A DNA stretch of 64,000 bases. Source: a virus. The number at the start of each line of letters is the position of its first letter. Positions within the stretch are counted from its first letter, which is position 1. Where the stretch lies: positions 16,565-80,564 of the IMG/VR virus record IMGVR_UViG_3300031669_000014. One strand, 5' to 3'. The notes under the pieces were generated by a model that was given only the letters and a program-made list of their open reading frames with translations, was not told the origin of the DNA and did no database searches. The translations under genes were made by a program, and so were the position numbers. Of this stretch, positions 47,067 through 57,358 are shown in pieces.

Positions 47067-48632
47067 CTACTGCACCCTCACTTTATGCTTCTCCCGCGAC
47101 CCGCCAATCTGCCGCGCCAGCCAGAAATACACACTGGCATGGGCGAAGTGGTCCGGCCCGGAATGCTCCCACGTCTTATAGCCCTTCTCCTCATCATGAA
47201 ACAAATACATATTCTCCCAATGCTCCAAAAACGATTCCCCGCGCTTTAACCCTCCCCCGCCTATTAACCGAGGCTCGGAAGGACTAATAAACACCCTCAG
47301 CCGGTTCTCTGCATACTCCGCGATTACCCGGTCTATTACTTCCGTCCTCATAGCGGAAACAGTCTGCTCCTTATAATTCACCGTGTAAATATCCTGCGAT
47401 CCCGGCATCCTGGTTGTCGGCGACCGGTAGTAGCACAGCTTCACCCGCCCCGGCCACGCCGCCCGGAACTCCTTCGCCTTCGTAGTCTCAGGCATGGCGT
47501 CGATAACCACGTGCCGGCAGTCATAAAGCCGCATGAAAGCGTCCAGCTCGTTCCAATTAGAGGTGCATACCTTGAATATCCCCTCCCGATTGCCGATTAC
47601 CACATGCAAGACCTGCCCAACATCTACACCCATAAACACGTCAAAAGTATCCGCCCGGGCATCAGACAGGTTTCTTAAAATAACATCCCTGTTTATAGTC
47701 GAATCCGTACCTAACCACGGAAGCCCTAAAACAAAGTTATAAAAAAACTGCGGGCTCTCGTTAAGCTCATCCTCAATCAGCGACGAGCACGGTATCCAGG
47801 GGGCCATCATCTGCGACACCCAATACCCGGATATCTCCCGGGAGGGGTATTTTGCCACCCACTGCCCCTGCCGGCGCATCTCGTCCGTTATCTCCCGCCC
47901 GCAGTGAATACAGATATACCTCTTATTGGAAAAATCCACATTGGCCGGCCAGTCCAAAAACTGCCACCCGCCAAAATTACCCCGACCACACTCACACTTG
48001 ACAAACCAATGCTTTTGATCGCTTCGCAGCCAACCCTCGTCAACCCCCCTCTTAGGCGCCGAAGGGTTAGAAAAAAACCACCTGCGCTTATACTGCGAGT
48101 GACCCAGGCGGGATTTATACGTCCCGATAACCTCGAGGTTAGACCGGTCTACCTCGTCATGCACCGTCACATCCCCGGTGGTCATAATACCTTCTTTCTC
48201 CGACATCGTGCCGCCGAAGAACCAAAAACCACGCCCTAACTGCTTCTGCGTGATAGTATCCCGCTCCATCTTAAACCCATTGGCCTTAATTATCGGGTCT
48301 ACCTTAGACGGAACAAACTTCTGAACGTCATTCATCAGCGTGGGCAGGGTGTAAATTATGTTATAACCAAATCGCTCCAATAGATAAAGGCACTTAAAAA
48401 TGAATATGGTCGATACGCCAATCTGTGCCGCCTTGCGGACATACAGCCTCTCCGAGAAGTCCTCCCATATACCCCTCTGAAATTCATGTTTCTCCAAAGT
48501 CACCGGCACACCGTTCTCATTCACCATGCCGTCTACCCAATTCAAAATACTGCGGCGCTTTTTTTTCTCCCCAAGAAGAATGCAAAGTTCCTCTTTTTGC
48601 TTGCGGGTCAGATTATTCGTCAAGTTCCTCAT
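47067..48632 (-). CDS. terL: Terminase large subunit, GpA-like
   Basis: RKAAQIGVS Walker A, HDEVD, SNP, Zn finger, FYNFVLGLP, GVDVG and DHFAHA. Confidence 0.9.
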   Translation of the reverse strand: MRNLTNNLTRKQKEELCILLGEKKKRRSILNWVDGMVNENGVPVTLEKHEFQRGIWEDFSERLYVRKAAQIGVSTIFIFKCLYLLERFGYNIIYTLPTLMNDVQKFVPSKVDPIIKANGFKMERDTITQKQLGRGFWFFGGTMSEKEGIMTTGDVTVHDEVDRSNLEVIGTYKSRLGHSQYKRRWFFSNPSAPKRGVDEGWLRSDQKHWFVKCECGRGNFGGWQFLDWPANVDFSNKRYICIHCGREITDEMRRQGQWVAKYPSREISGYWVSQMMAPWIPCSSLIEDELNESPQFFYNFVLGLPWLGTDSTINRDVILRNLSDARADTFDVFMGVDVGQVLHVVIGNREGIFKVCTSNWNELDAFMRLYDCRHVVIDAMPETTKAKEFRAAWPGRVKLCYYRSPTTRMPGSQDIYTVNYKEQTVSAMRTEVIDRVIAEYAENRLRVFISPSEPRLIGGGGLKRGESFLEHWENMYLFHDEEKGYKTWEHSGPDHFAHASVYFWLARQIGGSREKHKVRVQ

Positions 48633-48780
48633 CCCGTTTCGGTGGCCGTATTTTGAAACTAGGGCGCCTCAATGCCGGTAAGGGGCTCTCACCCTTGACT
48701 GCCCTATAATTGACGTGAGCACCAAGAATGAAACAGGTTATACATGAGATGAAAACGAGTAGGCCAGTTAGGAGATCCAT
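48613..48780 (-). CDS. Small membrane protein
   Basis: AAGGTG RBS; N-terminal TM. Confidence 0.55.
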   Translation of the reverse strand: MDLLTGLLVFISCITCFILGAHVNYRAVKGESPLPALRRPSFKIRPPKRDEELDE

Positions 48781-48966
48781 AAAACACCTTCTTTCTAATA
48801 GTTGGAAATTGGAAATGTGTGAAAATGGTATTTTTTTCACGGGGGAGGGACTCCAATACGCAAGGGGGTGGGTGCTTTTCTAGGGTGGTGGGTGTACCCC
48901 CTCCCCCCCCTCCCCCTATGCAACAGCATGGTAACCGACCCCATGAATTACGCAGAACGAGTGTTT

Positions 48967-48994
48967 TGTTCCACTAATCAGCATTATGTAACCT
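48967..48994 (+). other. dif-like Xer recombination site (phage B)
   Basis: TGTTCCACTAA-TCAGCA-TTATGTAACCT; 26 of 28 identical to the phage A site. Confidence 0.8.
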
Positions 48995-49110
48995 AAAGCA
49001 AAACCCTGTAAGCCTTGGTAGAGTAGGCATACAGGGTCTCAATAGTCTCACTTGTGTAGTTGCTACGCTATTTATGCTATAGAATTACGCTATGTCGCAT
49101 AGTGTGGCTA

Positions 49111-49692
49111 TTACTTTTGCAGTTCGGCTATCCGCCCTTCTAACTCTTCGTCAGTAAGTTTCGACGCCTGGTGTTTAATGGCCAGCTCGCCGGTTAGGCT
49201 CTGATCAACCTTATCTGTGAACATAGCCAAGTGCCGGCCAATCAATTCCAAGGCTTTCATCTTGTCGTGAGGCTTAACCTTGATGCCATCCCGGGTTTGG
49301 CTTACCTCTGCCAGGACCGAGCCGTCAACCTGGGACGATGGCTTCACCTGTACAGCGGCGCGGATTAGCTTAACCGGTTCCCCGCTTTCATTGTCAATCA
49401 CAGTCGCTTCTTCTGGGCCAAACTCCATAAAATCCTTAATATCAGTAAAGGCGATCTTGGCTAATTCTTTAAGCACTCGATCAGCTGTAATTTCCGTACG
49501 TTGTTCACGTTCTTTTTTAGCTTGCTCAATAACTCCCTGTATTTCAGGTTTCCTCAAGTTTTCTTCTCCAATAGAATAAGCTGTTTTAGCCGAATATCCT
49601 GCCCGAATTGCCGCCTGTGTAGCGTTCAAATCTATGAGATAGTTTTCGACAAATGCTTGCTGTTTTGGCGTCAGCTCCCGTCCTGCCGGCAT
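49111..49692 (-). CDS. terS: Terminase small subunit
   Basis: LTPKQQAFVENYLIDLNATQAAIRAGYS; GAAGGA RBS. Confidence 0.95.
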   Translation of the reverse strand: MPAGRELTPKQQAFVENYLIDLNATQAAIRAGYSAKTAYSIGEENLRKPEIQGVIEQAKKEREQRTEITADRVLKELAKIAFTDIKDFMEFGPEEATVIDNESGEPVKLIRAAVQVKPSSQVDGSVLAEVSQTRDGIKVKPHDKMKALELIGRHLAMFTDKVDQSLTGELAIKHQASKLTDEELEGRIAELQK

Positions 49693-49914
49693 TTCCTTCA
49701 CCTCCAAAAATAATTCACACTTCCACCTATTCCCACGCCTCACAGCTTCCCTTGTGCGCCCCGCAAACTATCCCGCTAAGATGTTTCTACAAGATAATAC
49801 CCGTGTCTTGTCCGCTTGATTCTTCTGCCTAGCCGCTTATACTCCTGTGCTTCCCGCTTGTTAAGTCTTATCATTTTCCTTCACCCCGTTCCTTATTTAC
49901 ACCAAGCCATGTGT

Positions 49915-50286
49915 TCAGTTGGTTGATTCGCGTGGCTGGTTGCCAGCGTGTATTTTGTTATGGCAATACTTACATAATACCATCACATCGTTAAAAGTCT
50001 CTCGACCACGGTTTTTATATGTTTTATGGTGTACTTTAATAAGTTTAGTTGAACCACATGATTGACAAGTATAATTAGCAAATTTACACACTTCTTCCTT
50101 GAAGTGTTGCCAGTGTTCAGTTTTTAGATATTCCAAATATGGCAATGTTTTTAAATATGACAACATGCTCCGGTACTCATCTTCCTCATTACCCCTGGGG
50201 AATATGCCACTTTCTTTAATCCAGTTAAAATTAAATGACGGGAAGCCAATGGAGCGTTGGCACGGCTGCAGACCGTTTCCCGTCAA
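49915..50286 (-). CDS. HNH endonuclease
   Basis: CQSCG...VHHKTY...LCKYCH; start codon uncertain. Confidence 0.75.
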   Translation of the reverse strand: MTGNGLQPCQRSIGFPSFNFNWIKESGIFPRGNEEDEYRSMLSYLKTLPYLEYLKTEHWQHFKEEVCKFANYTCQSCGSTKLIKVHHKTYKNRGRETFNDVMVLCKYCHNKIHAGNQPRESTN

Positions 50287-50390
50287 ACTATGCTTTAAAA
50301 AAAAATGGTGCTAAAAGATAAGAGATAGAGTTAGACATCGGCCCAAAGTTACCTTCAAGCCATGTGAGAGTAAGCCTGATGAGCAATATT

Positions 50391-50433
50391 TTTTGAGGTA
50401 GAATTACCGCATTTTTGAGGTAAATTTACCTCA
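50391..50433. repeat. Two palindromic repeats at 22-bp spacing
   Basis: TTTTGAGGTAGAATTACC and TTTTGAGGTAAATTTACCTCA. Confidence 0.65.
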
Positions 50434-50436
50434 TTC

Positions 50437-50930
50437 TTATACAGCCCTTTTAGCAAAGATTGATGTCACTTTTTTGCCGGCCTTAAATGCTTTCAGGTTG
50501 TGATCAATCTTACAGCGTCTATGGTATTCCTCGTCAAAGAGGCTAAAAAGGAATGATGGGGTGTTGCCCATTTGATACAAAAAAGGATTCATATAATAAA
50601 TCTCATTTTCTCCGCTTTTCCACATTCCAAGGGCGTTCTTCTGTATTAGTACCTTTGCAACTTTTCGTATATTGGAGCGATCAATTCCGGTTTCTTGCGC
50701 CATTCTTTCTATGTTCATATAGTCCCCGCCAGGAGTTACGAGAGCGTTGGTGTTCAGTTGCAGAAACATTGATAATCTATGTATGGTTTTTTCTTCTGCC
50801 GCAGTGAAAACATTCTGCCTGTTCACGTATCTCCACACCTCCATCATTGTTTTAACAAAACGTTCAGCCTTTATGACATGTCCCTCGCCCGTGGACATAT
50901 CAACTATTTCTCTCCTGGCTATTTCAATCA
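50437..50930 (-). CDS. RepL-like winged-helix protein
   Basis: VDMSTGE, FVK, HTH and YYMNPFL motifs; start approximate. Confidence 0.65.
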
Positions 50931-51015
50931 CCCCCTTGGGATGGTGTGAGTTTAAAAACAAAACGCCTCCTTGGCGCTGCTTGCGAAAAGAATTTAAAAA
51001 CTTTTTAAAAGGGTG

Positions 51016-51044
51016 TTGACATGGTGTTATCATTATGATATGAT
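51016..51044 (+). promoter_or_regulatory. sigmaA promoter of the moron
   Basis: TTGACA-17 nt-TATGAT. Confidence 0.8.
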
Positions 51045-51088
51045 AGGCACATCAAAAGGTCAGCCCACCTGAAACGGGCGGAAGGAGA

Positions 51089-51424
51089 TTGAAAATGAAA
51101 AAAATAACAGTTGATGTACCCGGTCAAGGCTTAGTGAATTTAACAGGAGAACTTGTTTCATCCGAGTTGTACTGGTCAAAGCCTTCAGAGGTTCGGACGC
51201 ACCTAAAGGGCGGTCAATACTCCACGGCGTGGGTCTGGAAAGAAAACTACCACGAAGTATGGAAATTCGAGGGACTTCCCGGAACCTACCGCCTAAACAG
51301 AATCGTAACCGGAAAATCCGGCACATGGGAAAATTGCGGCGAAAAATTCAAGGAAACTACAACTATTTTTCTAGAGACGAACCATGACCTATATAACCAC
51401 TTCGACCGAGTAGAGGAGGACTAA
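51089..51424 (+). CDS. Hypothetical protein (moron gene 1)
   Basis: AAGGAG RBS. Confidence 0.7.
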   Translation: MKMKKITVDVPGQGLVNLTGELVSSELYWSKPSEVRTHLKGGQYSTAWVWKENYHEVWKFEGLPGTYRLNRIVTGKSGTWENCGEKFKETTTIFLETNHDLYNHFDRVEED

Positions 51425-51425
51425 C

Positions 51426-51599
51426 ATGACCATTGGACCTAATTCCACCCGCATCATTATTACCCTTGACAATGAACTTCTCGCCTGGGTTAACGCCCAG
51501 GCTGAGAAAGATAACCGTGACCGCTCAAACTGGATCGTGACATTAATCAAGCGCGAACGCGAGGCCCACACCCCCGAACAAAATAGGGAGGATAGATGA
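51426..51599 (+). CDS. Ribbon-helix-helix (CopG/Arc-like) protein (not in the ORF track)
   Basis: TRIIITLDNELLAWVNAQAEKDNRDRSNWI; GAGGAGG RBS. Confidence 0.75.
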   Translation: MTIGPNSTRIIITLDNELLAWVNAQAEKDNRDRSNWIVTLIKREREAHTPEQNREDR

Positions 51600-51745
51600 A
51601 GATGAAAGATATATCCACCATGACGAAAAAAGAATTTGTAACCTACTACATGCGCGAAATGGCAAGATTGTTCCCTAACGCCACAATGGGAATGGATTAT
51701 TCGATCAAGGATGCTGAATTTGTCTACGATAATATGAAACCCTAA
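51596..51745 (+). CDS. 49-aa hypothetical protein (not in the ORF track)
   Basis: GGGAGG RBS, ATGA overlap, terminator at ~51760-51785. Confidence 0.55.
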   Translation: MKMKDISTMTKKEFVTYYMREMARLFPNATMGMDYSIKDAEFVYDNMKP

Positions 51746-51794
51746 GCCTGCCCCAGTATAGCCGCCGCAAGGCGGTTTTACTTTTGCGCAAAAC

Positions 51795-51891
51795 AAAAGC
51801 ACCCCTGCGGGTGCGGTGTTATCGTGTGGGGCTGTTGACGCAACCCCACGGGATGATGTCCAATGTCAATTTATAAATAAGCGTACTGTAC
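51795..51891 (-). ncRNA. Short structured transcript or leader with terminator (phage B copy)
   Basis: Near-identical to 8200-8296; promoter at 51898-51926. Confidence 0.6.
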
Positions 51892-51922
51892 ACCACTAAC
51901 ATACCATGTCAATTGCGAGCTG

Positions 51923-52219
51923 TCAACACTCCATATACAAACTTCTAAAGTTTTTAGGCGGCTTCTTGCGTTTTTTACATTTACTCTTGGAACTCCTGCC
52001 GGACGGCTCCCCCGGCGGCAGCGCCTCCTTTACCTTCCAGTCCGGCGGGCTCGTCCGGGCCCACCAGCCCCAAAACCCGTCCGCTTCCCAGGGGTCTTCC
52101 CGCTCGTTACGCTCCTGGATAGCGTCCACACTGGCAGCAGCGGCCTTGTTGACGCTTTGCTTTGCCGCTTCGTTAGCCCGGGTTAGATCCACCCTTTGAT
52201 CTTCGGCCATCCCCGCCAC
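51923..52219 (-). CDS. Conserved hypothetical protein with Lys-rich tail
   Basis: Homolog of 8329-8613. Confidence 0.65.
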   Translation of the reverse strand: MAGMAEDQRVDLTRANEAAKQSVNKAAAASVDAIQERNEREDPWEADGFWGWWARTSPPDWKVKEALPPGEPSGRSSKSKCKKRKKPPKNFRSLYMEC

Positions 52220-52516
52220 CCCCTGCTAGATAATGTGTCTTGAGAGATTGACTATTATTTTTTATCTTGCTTTATCCCATGCTTTTCAAACCACTTCTCA
52301 TAATCCACATAATCCTTGCATCTCCGGTCGTCGCTCATTCTGTATTCATGCTTTTCCCAGCAATAAACACCTTCCGCTAAATACAAACAGTCCCCACATG
52401 TGCGCCCCTTGTCTTTATTGTCGATGTCAACACAAGTACAGCTATCAACTTTTGCATTAAGTTCGTCAATTGTATCCTGTAGCTGTGCGATTAGTTGCAG
52501 CGTTTTCTCGCATCCA

Positions 52517-52747
52517 TTACATCTTAACATGGTTTCCTTCCTGTTGTTTAAATTCTTTTTCTGTCCTGTCATAATTAGGATTCCATCTGCATCCATCATT
52601 GGTATACAATTTTACGGTGTGCCCACACTTTTTACACCTAAACATGCTGACATTCGCGCTTTCATGGTCTAAGCAGTATGTATCTCTTTCCCATTCATGA
52701 TTAAAACAGAATAGAGATCCAATAATAGACTTAAATAAGCTAATCAA
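52517..52747 (-). CDS. Small Cys/His phage protein
   Basis: Homolog of 9790-10029. Confidence 0.6.
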   Translation of the reverse strand: MISLFKSIIGSLFCFNHEWERDTYCLDHESANVSMFRCKKCGHTVKLYTNDGCRWNPNYDRTEKEFKQQEGNHVKM

Positions 52748-53037
52748 GGTAGTACCCCCTCCTGTGATTCTTTGCCACGGTATTGGCTCTCCATTATGAC
52801 TTCAAGCACCCTCCTAGCCTCATCACGGTCAGATTCCTTTTCTCCCTCGCTTAAGTCTTTATAATTCGTGTAAAGTTGCCGCTTCCACCTATCGAACGCC
52901 CACTTGGGGATGATCATGTTCCCAGTTTTAAAATATTTTCCGTTTTCAAACCTTTCTTCTTCTACGCACTTTGAGAATAGGTATTCCATCCATCCAGACC
53001 ATTGTTCATGGGCTAACGCTGCTAATTTTTCAAGCAT
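52744..53037 (-). CDS. Hypothetical phage protein
   Basis: LAALAHEQWSGW...Y.DLSE.EKESDR motif. Confidence 0.65.
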   Translation of the reverse strand: MLEKLAALAHEQWSGWMEYLFSKCVEEERFENGKYFKTGNMIIPKWAFDRWKRQLYTNYKDLSEGEKESDRDEARRVLEVIMESQYRGKESQEGVLP

Positions 53038-53645
53038 CAATATTCCCCCTCGCCTCAAATCTACTACACGGCTCCACATCATGGCATAACGGCATTTCCT
53101 TGCAGTCCACGCACTTCTTGCGCCTAAGTTGTACACCGTCCCACCAATACTGACTTTTAGCGATCAACCTCATGCTATGCTCAAGTTTGTCGATATCGCC
53201 TGGCTTCATATTGACACCCCCAGTTTTATTTGGATGCCCCGCCAGCTACTACCCTGACGGGGCGACATATACACTTAATCACAACCGATAACGTAAGCGG
53301 GATTCACCTGCCTTTCGTTTTTTTATTTTGCCTGTGTCACAAGTTGTGGGACCTGTGATTTCTTGCCTTGCTTGTTGGCGTTGGCATCTCTCCCTTCATC
53401 CCAAACCCTCCTCCTTCGCTCCTGTTTCTTGACTTTGCGCTTCCTCATCGGCTCCCGCCTGCTCATCTGCACAATCGTCGGCGCCGGTTTCGGGGCCGGT
53501 ATATATTCGCGATCCATTAGCCGCACCACAGGAGGCTGTATCCGCTCGCCCAGCTTGCGCCACTGCCGAACCCAGAAGAAAATAGCGATAAATAAGGCAA
53601 GTGTGGTTAATATCCATATAATTTCATTGGCGGCGTAAATGGTGG

Positions 53646-53948
53646 TCATGGCGTGTCCTCCGTGTAAGTAAATTCACATTCAATATATTTTTGTATCTTA
53701 ATGCCGCTACTTTCTAGCGGTATCCAACTATCAGCACTAAGCCCTGATTCAGTAAAAACAAGTTCTGTTAACTTAATGTTTTTAATGCTAGTTTCTTTTA
53801 TTTTAAATCCGGTTGCTTTAAAAACTTCACTAACGATTCTTTCTCTAAATTTTCCATAGTCAATGAGTTTAATGCTGTCATAGTAACCTTTTGTTGCTAG
53901 ATACACCTTATTCATATCGTCATTAAAAACAACTTCTGGCAAATTCAC
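53646..53948 (-). CDS. Hypothetical protein
   Basis: Homolog of 11129-11431. Confidence 0.7.
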   Translation of the reverse strand: MNLPEVVFNDDMNKVYLATKGYYDSIKLIDYGKFRERIVSEVFKATGFKIKETSIKNIKLTELVFTESGLSADSWIPLESSGIKIQKYIECEFTYTEDTP

Positions 53949-54180
53949 GGCGTCGCCCTCCTCTCTCGCTCCTTGCGGATCTGATCGTAGATTTCGCTAC
54001 CCTGCACGGCTTTGATGTCTTCAATGTCGACACGAAGGCTTTGGACTTCGGCCTGCAACTGCGATATAGTTGGCTCATGAAGTGATTTATAAACGGTAAA
54101 ACCAACAAAAGTTATATATGCTCCGAATATCAATATTGCAAATACTTCTAAAAGCGTTGCCCAATGGAAATTTTTCACGC

Positions 54181-54588
54181 TCATGCCTCCTTCAAGCTGA
54201 TTTCAACCCTCGGCGGATCCCCGTAAACTTTATCCGCCTTCATACTCACGACCTGGCTGTCATCCCCGTATATCGTCCCCTTCAACGCATCACAGACACC
54301 GCGGGTGAGTTTATCCAGGTCCGGCTTGACCGTTGGCAATGGCCGCTTTTTCATGCTTACAGATTTCGGCCGCAAGAGGCAGAAAAGTAGTTCCACCACC
54401 ACCGGACCTTGTAGCAATCCATCCCTTGGCCGGTATCCCTGCGCTACGTAGGCGACAACCTCATGCCAGGGCCTTAGCTTTGTGTTGTCGCTGGTCGTGA
54501 CGGCCTTGCCTTTTACCACGAAGGCTTTTGTGGAGCCTTTGGGCTGCGGTATTCCATAAGCGGTAAATCTAATCCAGGCCATCGGCAT
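54181..54588 (-). CDS. rusA: RusA-family resolvase
   Basis: PQPKGS and KPDLDKLTRGVCDAL..DDSQVV. Confidence 0.92.
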   Translation of the reverse strand: MPMAWIRFTAYGIPQPKGSTKAFVVKGKAVTTSDNTKLRPWHEVVAYVAQGYRPRDGLLQGPVVVELLFCLLRPKSVSMKKRPLPTVKPDLDKLTRGVCDALKGTIYGDDSQVVSMKADKVYGDPPRVEISLKEA

Positions 54589-54986
54589 CCTCCCCCGGCG
54601 TGTCTTTCTCCAACTCCCGCAGCACCCAATTCAGTGTGTCCCTTCTGCCAAAAGTAGTAGTTATCTCCATTCTTGCTTTAACCAGCGCGTGTATGCGCTC
54701 CCGCTCTGCTTTCGCACCTGACTCCATTCCCTTTGCAGTGGCCTTTTCGAACATGTCTGTAATAACTGTCTCCATGACTTCATCCAACTTCTAAGCCCTC
54801 CTTTTTCCTCTCAGGTAAACTTACTTACCTAGCCGATTAACTCGCCGCTGTGGGCATCCTGTGGCTTCTGCGGGGCATCCTTACACTTCGGATACAGTCT
54901 CCTGTGTAAACTGCCATCGGGATACTCACCCAAGGCACACTTCCAGCAAAACAGATCACCGGTTCTAACCGGGTGCTTGCGGCATA

Positions 54987-55316
54987 TTAAACAAAGCATC
55001 CAAGCAGTCCCCCTTCGCGTTCCTGAATCCGTCCCTCGAACGACTCGTTCAGCCACAGCAGCGCCACCTCTTTTTGTGGTCGCTTGAGGCGTACTGCTAT
55101 GTCTGGAAGGCTTATCCCGGCTTTCCACATTTCGCGGAACTGCTGCATCTCCGCAGGGTACCAGTCCCAGTCATAGCCATTATCCAGTATCGTAACTTTT
55201 TCGCCTTGTATCTTCGGCGCTACCGTTCCCGCCGGACGGCCTACCTTGCCGGCATATGGTTTCGTTGCGGGGATGCTGTGTTTGTGTAGGGTTCTGTGGG
55301 ATTGCAATGTGGTCAC
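54987..55316 (-). CDS. HTH/Myb-like phage protein
   Basis: Homolog of 12942-13253. Confidence 0.6.
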   Translation of the reverse strand: MTTLQSHRTLHKHSIPATKPYAGKVGRPAGTVAPKIQGEKVTILDNGYDWDWYPAEMQQFREMWKAGISLPDIAVRLKRPQKEVALLWLNESFEGRIQEREGGLLGCFV

Positions 55317-55321
55317 CTCCT

Positions 55322-55765
55322 CTAAAAATTAACAGTAACCTTTTCCCCTTGCAGGATCCGCCGGTCTGTCTGCGTCGCCCAGCTCGGGGCCATCGGCCAG
55401 CCGTTTAATCTGTCGCCTGCTTGGCACGGGCACCGGCAGTAGCGCTCCTCGCCATCCTGCAAAATTACTCTAAAGCCACCACCTCCACAAACAGTACATC
55501 CCGTTTTTTTTAGCGGCTGAAAGGAAGTGTTTCGCTGATCGTCTTTGATGCTTTGTATTGCCCCCTGGATATCTGCAACCGTGGGGAAGAATTTTGCCGT
55601 GGCCAGCACCTTTTTAAGCGCCTCTTTAACCTGCTGATAAGGTAATTTCCCCAACATTTCTGCCCAAAGTTTTGCCGTTTCAGCTAATTCCTTGTTTTGC
55701 ATACCTGGAAAATTAGCTGCCGCAAAAGTTATTAAGTTTTTAATTTCCTGCTTAGTCACTACCAT
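55322..55765 (-). CDS. Helicase loader/inhibitor-like protein (G39P-like)
   Basis: Homolog of 16027-16464. Confidence 0.7.
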   Translation of the reverse strand: MVVTKQEIKNLITFAAANFPGMQNKELAETAKLWAEMLGKLPYQQVKEALKKVLATAKFFPTVADIQGAIQSIKDDQRNTSFQPLKKTGCTVCGGGGFRVILQDGEERYCRCPCQAGDRLNGWPMAPSWATQTDRRILQGEKVTVNF

Positions 55766-56495
55766 TCACCCACCTATCAAGACTTTGTTCTGCTACTGAT
55801 TTTTGTTGCACTGGGGAAGGTCTTGTTTTATTTTCTTCTTCTTCAAGCCTGGCAATAACCCAATTCAAAACCGCCCGATAATCTGATTTATACCGCTTCC
55901 CATTAGCCCCCTTGTAGTTGTCCAATATTTCAACGCACCGATTAAAACGTTCTTCGCTTCCGAGTTTCGCCACAAGTGATGAGTATTCATCATTAGTCAG
56001 GCTGACAAATTCGGCATACTTGAATTTTTGTTGTAGGGGGGGAGGGGGGTTAAGATCTTTATTCTTTACATTCTTTACATTCTTTACATTCTTGTTTGTG
56101 TTCATTTGTTGTTCATTTGTTGTTCGTTTGTTGTTCATTTGTTGTTCATTTTGTTGTTCAGGCTGATCCCCTTCACCCTGATAAAAAACCCAATTCTCAA
56201 TGGTTACAATAGAAAATTTGTTGTTCGGCTGGATGACCAAACTTTCACTCAATTCTAATTTTTTTACGTAACGATACAGTGACGAGGGATGTAGCTTTAA
56301 TTCTGCCGCAGCCTTGTCTCTGCCGAAGACAAATTGCCCTGGTTTTAGGATAACTTTTTGAAGTCCAACAAGTTGTTCATGCTCTTTATGACTGGCTTTA
56401 AGTAAACACCAAACCCAAACTTTAAGGAGGTTTTCATTATCAAATAACGGATTGTCTAATAAACATCTGTGAAGTTTGATGTATCCGCTTGCCAT
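55752..56495 (-). CDS. Phage replication initiator
   Basis: N-terminus near-identical to 16457-17227; different C-terminal domain (YKSDYRAVLNW). Confidence 0.88.
   Translation of the reverse strand: MASGYIKLHRCLLDNPLFDNENLLKVWVWCLLKASHKEHEQLVGLQKVILKPGQFVFGRDKAAAELKLHPSSLYRYVKKLELSESLVIQPNNKFSIVTIENWVFYQGEGDQPEQQNEQQMNNKRTTNEQQMNTNKNVKNVKNVKNKDLNPPPPLQQKFKYAEFVSLTNDEYSSLVAKLGSEERFNRCVEILDNYKGANGKRYKSDYRAVLNWVIARLEEEENKTRPSPVQQKSVAEQSLDRWVNGSD
56059..56160. repeat. Iteron-like repeats, putative lytic origin (phage B)
   Basis: Same repeat units as 16791-16892. Confidence 0.7.
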
Positions 56496-56506
56496 CCCCG
56501 CGCCCC

Positions 56507-57199
56507 CTAAAATCCAAGTGCCAGCTGATATCCCTTGCCGCTTTCCTTCTCAAGTGCCATAAGATGCCTGACACGGGCTTCCTGCTCCTCTTTCCTGTCT
56601 TTGCCTGGGGCAAGCCGCTTCACTTTTTCTCGGTTCTTAAACACCCACCACGTACTGTCAACTTGGGTAAATGGGAATTGTGTCAGTATCCGCTCACTGG
56701 TAATTCCTAAAGCATGAAACCTTCCCTCGGGGTGCCGGCTGTAAACTTGCTCCAACCAGTAAACTTTATCTCGGTATGGAAGTCCAACCGTTCCACCAAG
56801 GCCAACTAGCGCGTATTTTGCAATAAGTAGCTCAAGTAGTTCCCATGGCTCATTGTAGTGAAAAACAGGTATCGGGCTTAGCCCTGCCGCCTCCATGGTA
56901 GCCTGATTTACTGCCGTATCCTCCGGATTTCCAACTACATCAAGGTTAAAATACTGGGTTATGTGGTGCTCCCGGATATAGTCCATGTAATCATCAAGGC
57001 TAATGCTTCGACCGCGCTTCCATGCGCTATATGCTCCGGAGTCAAGTAGTACCTCAAACCCATACTCCCGGATAATCTTCCAGCAGGAGTAGGTTGGTGG
57101 CTCAGCATAAGAAAGTATTATCCGCTTTCCACCGGCTCGAGCCAGGGTATGTAGAGTATTAGGTCTTTCCGTTCCCCCGAAGTACACTTCCAATTTCAT
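56507..57199 (-). CDS. TGT-fold (DpdA-like) transglycosylase
   Basis: LLDSGAYS, NLDVVG, PIPVFH, VGLGG, FHALG and VDSTWW motifs. Confidence 0.65.
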   Translation of the reverse strand: MKLEVYFGGTERPNTLHTLARAGGKRIILSYAEPPTYSCWKIIREYGFEVLLDSGAYSAWKRGRSISLDDYMDYIREHHITQYFNLDVVGNPEDTAVNQATMEAAGLSPIPVFHYNEPWELLELLIAKYALVGLGGTVGLPYRDKVYWLEQVYSRHPEGRFHALGITSERILTQFPFTQVDSTWWVFKNREKVKRLAPGKDRKEEQEARVRHLMALEKESGKGYQLALGF

Positions 57200-57358
57200 C
57201 TCCCCACGCCGATCATCCGGGCCTTATCCCTTAACAGGACTACATTTTGCACATGGCTTTCCTTTTGCGCCGTTATGCAGTTTTTTACATTCAGGGCACC
57301 GATGACGCTTCCCGTATGACCGACCAGTTCGCTTACGGCTTACCACGCCGCACCTCCA

